Of a stretch of 64,000 bases of DNA, positions 58,027-64,000 are shown piece by piece. The stretch covers positions 33,927 through 97,926 of the IMG/VR virus record IMGVR_UViG_3300035698_007208. One strand, given 5' to 3'. How positions within the stretch are numbered: the stretch's first letter is position 1; each line of letters opens with the position of its first letter. Under the pieces are notes generated by a model. The model was not told the origin of the DNA, did no database searches, and saw only the letters and a list, made by a program, of their open reading frames with translations. The position numbers and the translations under genes were made by a program. The DNA comes from a virus.

Positions 58027-58917
58027 TCATGTTCCCCAACTGTTGCCAAATAGTTGTATATGCAGTCTAGGACTAAATTTATATCCTGTTTTCATGCATG
58101 TCTCAACAACTTCTGATTCAGTTAAGGTGTATTGTTCTAACGTTGCGCCTTCGGGCATGCAAAAAACAGCGTCTAAATGTACACCGTTTTCTTTATAAGT
58201 ATTAACATATACGTCAACTTCATCAAAGTCTTCTGCGTCCCTTACTACAAATTTATTGTATAAGTAGCTGTTCTTTACTTTGTTCATACTAAGCAACGGT
58301 GAATAGGCCAATGTATCTTCTCTAGTCTCGCCACTAATAGATAGCTTAGGAGAGGTGCTCCACGTTACATGTATATTCTGCCCTTCAGCATAATGATTAA
58401 AAAAGTCTCGTAATTCATCAATTACCATCTGTGTGCCGTTTGTTTCAAAAGTAACGTTGCGTAGTCCATTAGCGTAGCATAGAGACAATAGCTCGGGCCA
58501 CACACGTTGCCATCCTAGCAAAGGTTCACCTCCAGTAATAACCAAGTGAATGTCTTCCCCACCACTACCAGTAAATGTCCTGTTAGGCAGCAAGTCACAT
58601 ATTTCTTCGTAAACCTCTTCGACAGTTTGTGTTTTTTGTAAGTGCTTATACTTCATCGCCCAGCTTGCTGAGCTATCGCATCCCACTAATGTAACAGGCA
58701 ATTCTTCGATACTTGTGTATGCTTCTGGATGATTCTTATCTGCTTTTGGGTCAATCATGTAAGGCATTTGGTCAGTAGCAATCATATTACCTTTAGGTTG
58801 TCCGAATCCTGCACACGTTAAGTTACAACCGAACGTTCTTAAAAATATACTAGGGATGCCAACAAATCGACCTTCTCCTTGTATACTGTAAAATATTTCA
58901 CTATATCTTAACTTCAT
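58027..58917 (-). CDS. queE: QueE-like (7-carboxy-7-deazaguanine synthase) radical SAM enzyme
   Basis: EIFYSIQGEG..G.PS.FLR..GCNLTC ... CDS, VITGGEP, FETNG, SPKL, SPRLH. Confidence 0.85.
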   Translation of the reverse strand: MKLRYSEIFYSIQGEGRFVGIPSIFLRTFGCNLTCAGFGQPKGNMIATDQMPYMIDPKADKNHPEAYTSIEELPVTLVGCDSSASWAMKYKHLQKTQTVEEVYEEICDLLPNRTFTGSGGEDIHLVITGGEPLLGWQRVWPELLSLCYANGLRNVTFETNGTQMVIDELRDFFNHYAEGQNIHVTWSTSPKLSISGETREDTLAYSPLLSMNKVKNSYLYNKFVVRDAEDFDEVDVYVNTYKENGVHLDAVFCMPEGATLEQYTLTESEVVETCMKTGYKFSPRLHIQLFGNSWGT

Positions 58918-59471
58918 TAATTAAATAAGTTCCTTAATCTTTCCATTTCATCGGCATCAGCCCTTGTTACTGACTGTCCAATGTGGTTAGTATCTACGTG
59001 GTGTAGATTTTGTGTTTTCTTCCAATCAGCAACCGCAATAATAAGCTTTCCATTCAAAGATAGTGCGCTATCACCAAAGCTAATAATTTTGCTATTTGGC
59101 CAACATGCAGGACGAATTTCAAAAACATGCGCCATTGCTGCTACAGGGTCCATTCCCTGTTGAACTAAAATAATTGCAGCTAACGCAGTAGATCTACTCA
59201 TACCTGCAGAGCAGTGAATTAAAACCTTATCATTTTTTTTAAACTGCTCTGCAAATTTTAGTACAGCTTCTATATGCTGAGCCTCAGGTATGTTGTAGTC
59301 TGCAGGATCGCAACCATCAATACTAATGTCATCAATATTAACTACAAGGTGCCGGTCAGGCGTTTTACCTAAAATTGGACTGTATCCGTTACCTAATGCA
59401 CTTATTACATAGTCAAAGTTAACAGCAATCTTCTTAGCTTCACTAAGACTACTAATCGTTATTTTAGTCAT
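58917..59471 (-). CDS. Protein tyrosine/dual-specificity phosphatase
   Basis: HCSAGMSRS (CX5R), RP...PN. Confidence 0.85.
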   Translation of the reverse strand: MTKITISSLSEAKKIAVNFDYVISALGNGYSPILGKTPDRHLVVNIDDISIDGCDPADYNIPEAQHIEAVLKFAEQFKKNDKVLIHCSAGMSRSTALAAIILVQQGMDPVAAMAHVFEIRPACWPNSKIISFGDSALSLNGKLIIAVADWKKTQNLHHVDTNHIGQSVTRADADEMERLRNLFN

Positions 59472-60000
59472 TTGTGTCTCTATTATTTCTTTTATTTTCG
59501 CTATTAGTTAAGTGTTCGACAACTTGAGTTGGGTCAATATTTCCAATTTCCTTAACTAGTGCGGTGTGTAGTGCTTGATGTATATCACTACTCATAAATG
59601 AATTGCTGCCATCATTAATATCTGTATAAATCTCTTCAATCAATGTAACTAGTCCCATCCTAAACATTTCAACAAAATCATTTGTATCACTGTTGTTGAT
59701 TTCAACCTGTATGCGGCCAAATGCAAGTATATTAAAAAACATAGTGCTATTAACGTTTGTAGCTTCAAGGTCTATATTTTCTAAATCACCAAGATTGTGT
59801 AGTGTAATACAGTCTTTCCAATTGTCTAAATAATCGGAAGCTAACTCAATAACCTCGAACACTTCTCCTTCTGATATTGGGAATCGTTTACAGATCCAAT
59901 CCATATTATGGTCGTCTGTAATAGCATCAGCAACTTCTTGTATTGGAACCCCGTGAGGTTCCAATACCATAACTTTAGTTTTTCCTCTGAATCCAATCAT
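59464..60000 (-). CDS. Hypothetical protein (possible N-terminal DUF433-like HTH)
   Basis: Start placed at ATG 60000; GVPIQEV..I..RFPIS..EV. Confidence 0.55.
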   Translation of the reverse strand: MIGFRGKTKVMVLEPHGVPIQEVADAITDDHNMDWICKRFPISEGEVFEVIELASDYLDNWKDCITLHNLGDLENIDLEATNVNSTMFFNILAFGRIQVEINNSDTNDFVEMFRMGLVTLIEEIYTDINDGSNSFMSSDIHQALHTALVKEIGNIDPTQVVEHLTNSENKRNNRDTND

Positions 60001-60001
60001 A

Positions 60002-60682
60002 TTAATTTCCACTATGTCCTTTCATTGTATTCAGAATGTTGTAAAATTCTGCCTTCAATGCTGGATCAGTTTGAAAATAACCTTTCATAATAGCAGTAGT
60101 CATATCGCTTTCATGCTCCTTAACTCCACGGTGAGTCATACAGTGGTGTTCTGCTTTAAGTACAACAGCAACATGCTCTGTTTCTGCATACTGTGCAAGT
60201 GCCGCGGCAATTTGTGTAGTCATCTCTTCTTGAATTTGTGGACGTTCTGCAATGTGTTGTATAATACGGTTAAACTTGCTTAATCCGATAACACTACCTT
60301 GGGGCATTACACCAACCCAACAATTACCAACAATATTTTGGAAATGATGAGCGCAGGTGCTGCGAATACTAATTGGGCCACTCATATATAGACCATCGTA
60401 TCCTTCGTTAGGAAAGCTTGTTACTCTTGGCGGCGCAACATATCTCCCGCCAAATGTTTCACGTATAAACATTTTTGCTACGCGCTTTGCTGTTTCTTGT
60501 GTATTGTGATCGTTTTGTGTATCTATTACTAAAGCCTCAAGTACTGATTGCATTGCAATTTGCACTTCAGCTTGAAGTGCGTCTAGTTCACCATCATTAA
60601 TATACTTGCTAATATTATCATTACTGTGGAACCGTTCGGCTGCTTCTTGTAATCTTTGTTTAATTATTTTTGATGTTTTCAT
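60002..60682 (-). CDS. folE: GTP cyclohydrolase I
   Basis: T..RVAKM, STCAHH, GLSKFNR, RPQIQE, HHCMTHRGV. Confidence 0.93.
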   Translation of the reverse strand: MKTSKIIKQRLQEAAERFHSNDNISKYINDGELDALQAEVQIAMQSVLEALVIDTQNDHNTQETAKRVAKMFIRETFGGRYVAPPRVTSFPNEGYDGLYMSGPISIRSTCAHHFQNIVGNCWVGVMPQGSVIGLSKFNRIIQHIAERPQIQEEMTTQIAAALAQYAETEHVAVVLKAEHHCMTHRGVKEHESDMTTAIMKGYFQTDPALKAEFYNILNTMKGHSGN

Positions 60683-61159
60683 TTACACAGCACCATTCAA
60701 TTCATCACGAACATCCATTAAGCATTTTCCTAATAAATTTTGCCCTTGCCATTTAGATTCGTCAAAGCGATCAGGATCGTCTGCGCCCATGCCAATACCC
60801 CAAACTACATCGTATGGACTAGCCTCAACCATATGCTTGTTGGCAGTATCAATAAGTGCTTTTTTTAACATTGGGATTTGATTGAATTTGGCACGTATTG
60901 CGTCCTTGACAATTTCATACCTTACTTCGGACCATTTTGCATCATCGTAACCGACAATCTCCCGCCCAATTGCTTTCTGTTCCCTAGGATTTAATGTAGC
61001 CATAACTTTTGCCATGCTATCACTATCGCCAGCAACTTCTGCCTTTTTGTACATCATATACTGCTCAACACAGTTAAACTCTGTGTCCTCTACTATTATA
61101 TTAGTTAGTAGCCAGTTTGAGTATATGCCGCCCCAAAAAAATTCGTATTCATCGTTCAT
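60683..61159 (-). CDS. NADAR/YbiA family N-glycosidase
   Basis: SNW, EQYMM..KA, K..GR, KF.Q, VEASPYD.VWGIG, GQNLLG..LM.VR. Confidence 0.9.
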   Translation of the reverse strand: MNDEYEFFWGGIYSNWLLTNIIVEDTEFNCVEQYMMYKKAEVAGDSDSMAKVMATLNPREQKAIGREIVGYDDAKWSEVRYEIVKDAIRAKFNQIPMLKKALIDTANKHMVEASPYDVVWGIGMGADDPDRFDESKWQGQNLLGKCLMDVRDELNGAV

Positions 61160-61356
61160 TGTGTCTTCCTTATTTTTATTATTCCGCTTTCCCAGTTGTC
61201 TGCAACATCGTTTGCATAATAGATGCTTTTGCCAGGAAGAGATCGGTTTTCTATCAGCTCATTGTTTTCATACATAAGGACGTTATACATTTCACTTTCA
61301 CCTGTATCCCCGCCTAAATTAATTGTTGTTATTTTAATTTCACTTGTTCTATTCAT
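61156..61356 (-). CDS. Hypothetical protein
   Basis: KS..YA.D.A.NW..G motif; leaderless behind a promoter. Confidence 0.6.
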   Translation of the reverse strand: MNRTSEIKITTINLGGDTGESEMYNVLMYENNELIENRSLPGKSIYYANDVADNWESGIIKIRKTQ

Positions 61357-61361
61357 GTTGT

Positions 61362-61390
61362 ATTATAGCATCCTTTTTATGATTTGTCTA
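61362..61390 (-). promoter_or_regulatory. Sigma70-type promoter (leaderless)
   Basis: TAGACA-17-TATAAT with extended TG, 5 nt before the ATG. Confidence 0.7.
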
Positions 61391-61395
61391 GTGTT

Positions 61396-61890
61396 TTACT
61401 TGGGATTCCACCATTCTTCATACGGGAATACAATCCAAGGATCGTAATCTGGAGTTAATGTTCTAGCACTATAGTCTACTCCTTGAAATATACTTTGGTC
61501 TTTATTAAATAATGTAGCAATTTTAATAATTGGCAATCCACTTGGCCAAAGATTAATATGCTTACTTGTTTGATCAGTTATATCAATTAAAGTTTTACCG
61601 GAATCATTTACATCATCAATTATTAATACATTAGCTGGTATACCATCTCTAATATATGAAAATATGACTTTGTCTAATGCAATCGTGTCTTGAGTGCCAC
61701 CATCACGAGTTTGCCAAGTAAATCCTTCAAATGGCACTTCATAATAATGACTTAACATAACACCTGGTATATACGCGCCACGTCCCGGTCCTATAATAAT
61801 ATCTGGACAAAACCCATCTCTTGCCATTTGCCTAGTTAGCTCAACAAGGTCATTTTCCATCTGTTCGTTAGTATAATAAAACTTATTCAT
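61396..61890 (-). CDS. Type I phosphoribosyltransferase (xanthine-guanine PRT-like)
   Basis: GRG, LSH, VLIIDDVNDSGKT PRPP-binding motif, WIVFPYE. Confidence 0.88.
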   Translation of the reverse strand: MNKFYYTNEQMENDLVELTRQMARDGFCPDIIIGPGRGAYIPGVMLSHYYEVPFEGFTWQTRDGGTQDTIALDKVIFSYIRDGIPANVLIIDDVNDSGKTLIDITDQTSKHINLWPSGLPIIKIATLFNKDQSIFQGVDYSARTLTPDYDPWIVFPYEEWWNPK

Positions 61891-62990
61891 TTTTGCTTTA
61901 GTTCCCAGTTGTAAGCGTCAAGTATTATATCATCAATATTGTATTGTGGTTTCCATCCTAATATAGATTTGGCTCTTTTTATATTAGCATGTGTTAATGA
62001 AACGTCGCCAGTTCTCTTAACAGATATTTTATGTTTTGGGTGCGTACCTGTAATTTTTTCAAATTTTTCAAGTACTTGTAGTACAGTGTACGGGTTACTA
62101 TTGCCTATGTTAAACACCCCGCTTTCCTTTTCTTTAAGGTATACTATTGCATCTAAGTTTGCTCTTGCAGCATCAACCACATGAGTATAGTCTCTAGCAG
62201 CAGTGCCGTCCCACGTATCATAAGTTTCATCAGTATTAGACCAAGAATCTCTTTCAATTGCTTGCTCCTCTTCTGATTTTGCATAATACAGTGTACGAGA
62301 CTGCATGCTTCCTTTAGATGCAGGACTTAAATCACCCCCGTTTACGGTAAGTACTTCGTTATGTATAATTGATTTACATATGGATGGGATTAAATGTGTT
62401 GCAGGTTTTTGTAAATATCCATGCTTTAAGTCTTTAGATGCACCAGCAATATTATGGTAACGAAGAACAACAAAATTCATCCCGTAAGCATTTTTATAAT
62501 CGCATAATAATGTTTCAATCATTGCTTTAGATCTACTATACGGTGACAATGGATTTAAACTTTCAGTTTCCTTAAATGCCTTAGGTGTGTAGTTTCCACT
62601 AAGTTCCCCTCCTTGTGATCCCTCGCGTTCACCGTATACACTACTTGAGCTAGCAAATATAAATTCCTTAACACCTGCTTCAACAGCATGGTTTAATAAT
62701 AAAATTGTATTAGCTACGTTATTTAAATAGTATTCACTAGGCTCATAAATGCTACGCTCAACTTCATGTTCAGCAGCAAGGTGTATTATAGTGTCGGGTC
62801 TAGTTAGTGCAATAATTCCCTTAACTTGTGAATTAGCAATATCAAAAGGATATTGAGTAACACCTTCAATATCCTTTTTCTTTTTGTCAATATTAATTAC
62901 ATTATAACCTGCCGACACTAATTGTTTACAAGTTTCAACACCTATAAATCCACTACCACCGGTAACTAATATTGTTTGATCTTTGTTCAT
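61887..62990 (-). CDS. galE: UDP-glucose 4-epimerase-like SDR
   Basis: TGGSGFIG, HLAA, SSSSVYG, YSRSK (YxxxK), LRY.N.AG, DGTAARDYTHV.D, RTGD. Confidence 0.85.
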   Translation of the reverse strand: MNKDQTILVTGGSGFIGVETCKQLVSAGYNVINIDKKKKDIEGVTQYPFDIANSQVKGIIALTRPDTIIHLAAEHEVERSIYEPSEYYLNNVANTILLLNHAVEAGVKEFIFASSSSVYGEREGSQGGELSGNYTPKAFKETESLNPLSPYSRSKAMIETLLCDYKNAYGMNFVVLRYHNIAGASKDLKHGYLQKPATHLIPSICKSIIHNEVLTVNGGDLSPASKGSMQSRTLYYAKSEEEQAIERDSWSNTDETYDTWDGTAARDYTHVVDAARANLDAIVYLKEKESGVFNIGNSNPYTVLQVLEKFEKITGTHPKHKISVKRTGDVSLTHANIKRAKSILGWKPQYNIDDIILDAYNWELKQK

Positions 62991-62999
62991 AGTATTACC

Positions 63000-63968
63000 T
63001 TAATTGAACCATTTTTCAAAACAAGACGTATCAAGCATGTATTGGTTCTTTTTATAGTTTGTTATTGCATCATAAACCATATCTATACTTTCTTCAAATG
63101 TGTCAAATAAGTTTTCTTTAGGATACAGTTCAGGATACACTAATCGGTTTGGTACAATAGGAATGCAACCCAAATATGCTGCCTCTGCAATTCCAAATCC
63201 AAAATTTTCTTGTAATGCATAACTAACTACAACCTTACTCTTTGCTAGCAATTCGTAGTAGCCTTTTCTATCTAAATCTAAGTCTTGTGTTTTAATACAC
63301 TTGATTCCCATGTCGCAGTCTAATAACTGATGAGCAAGTTCATCAAATAGCCATGGTTGTTTTTCGTCACAAAGTCTACCATTAAAAACTACAATATTTT
63401 CTTTCTTTGTTCCTAAGTAAGGCTTAAGTCCAGTGTGATCAACAGGTAAGCCCGTTACTACTAATTTATTAGGATCAATCATGCGTTTTTTAATAATGTC
63501 ATTTTTAATAAACTCACTTGCACAGTAAACAGTTTCAGCAATATCAAAAATAATGTCTTCGAAATTCTTAGCCCATCGCTCCATGTCCCGCACAAAATCA
63601 GTATCAGTAAAACTACCTGCATGAATAATACCTGTAATTTTAGCATCAGTTTTTGTAAAGTAATTCATATATGCAATTGATTCAATACCAGGGAACCAAA
63701 TATCACTAAAGAAAAACTTATCGCCATCATTAATTTCTCCGCGTTCGTACATGCCAGCTATCTTAGCTAACTGTAACGCTTTAAATTTGCTAGTAAATGG
63801 TGCATTTAAGAATTGGCCTTTTGGTGGGCGAGGGGATTCTCCACTAATCGGCATTACTTTTACATATTCCTTACCACTAGATTGCAAGTAAGCCTCAATG
63901 TCACGATCCATATGAACTGTATATCGCCCATCAATATGTTCTAGTGGTACATAAATTATTTTACTCAT
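63000..63968 (-). CDS. GT-B (GT4-like) glycosyltransferase
   Basis: VVFNGR..EKQP, QENFGFGIAEA (Ex7E), P....YPE; SD AAGGA. Confidence 0.8.
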   Translation of the reverse strand: MSKIIYVPLEHIDGRYTVHMDRDIEAYLQSSGKEYVKVMPISGESPRPPKGQFLNAPFTSKFKALQLAKIAGMYERGEINDGDKFFFSDIWFPGIESIAYMNYFTKTDAKITGIIHAGSFTDTDFVRDMERWAKNFEDIIFDIAETVYCASEFIKNDIIKKRMIDPNKLVVTGLPVDHTGLKPYLGTKKENIVVFNGRLCDEKQPWLFDELAHQLLDCDMGIKCIKTQDLDLDRKGYYELLAKSKVVVSYALQENFGFGIAEAAYLGCIPIVPNRLVYPELYPKENLFDTFEESIDMVYDAITNYKKNQYMLDTSCFEKWFN

Positions 63969-64000
63969 TGGTGTTTCCTTTCTTGTTTTCCCAACTGCTA

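Noticed and set aside
1-64000. tRNA/rRNA genes, integrase, transposase or reverse transcriptase
   Set aside because: No cloverleaf with T-loop consensus in the short intergenic gaps and no matching protein motifs seen by eye; tRNAscan-SE would confirm.

Overview
AT-rich, densely coding fragment of a large (jumbo-type) tailed dsDNA phage genome. Gene content and order resemble Rak2/GAP32-like myoviruses and their uncultured aquatic relatives (from recall, not a search). Consensus sigma70 promoters point to a bacterial host, possibly a proteobacterium. The + strand (1-39.3 kb) is a late block: a giant 5'-truncated baseplate-type protein, tail/fibre genes, then an approximately 25 kb glycan-biosynthesis cluster. 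That cluster has several glycosyltransferase-like genes, a UDP-sugar dehydrogenase, a radical SAM protein, SGNH hydrolases, a cupin, a nucleotidyltransferase-kinase, AroE-like and GatZ/KbaZ-like enzymes, a carbamoyltransferase and a methyltransferase. The - strand (39.3-64 kb) carries early/middle genes: a MoxR AAA + VWA-metallopeptidase pair, DenV, glutaredoxin, RNase H, NAD salvage (NadV + NadM-Nudix), NADAR, and a FolE/QueE/PRTase/GalE/glycosyltransferase cluster. A + strand island at 45.4-47.2 kb holds an amber-interrupted GIY-YIG-like endonuclease and a Zn-ribbon protein, set among three copies of a covarying pseudoknot motif. The most notable unexplained signals are: (1) that triple pseudoknot motif; (2) a duplicated two-hairpin, RBS-sequestering leader in the NAD-salvage operon; (3) strong enrichment of [A/G/S]-N-[V/I/T] motifs in virion proteins beside the glycosylation cluster; (4) recurrent leaderless promoter-ATG arrangements. 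All calls rest on motif recognition by eye; no searches were run.
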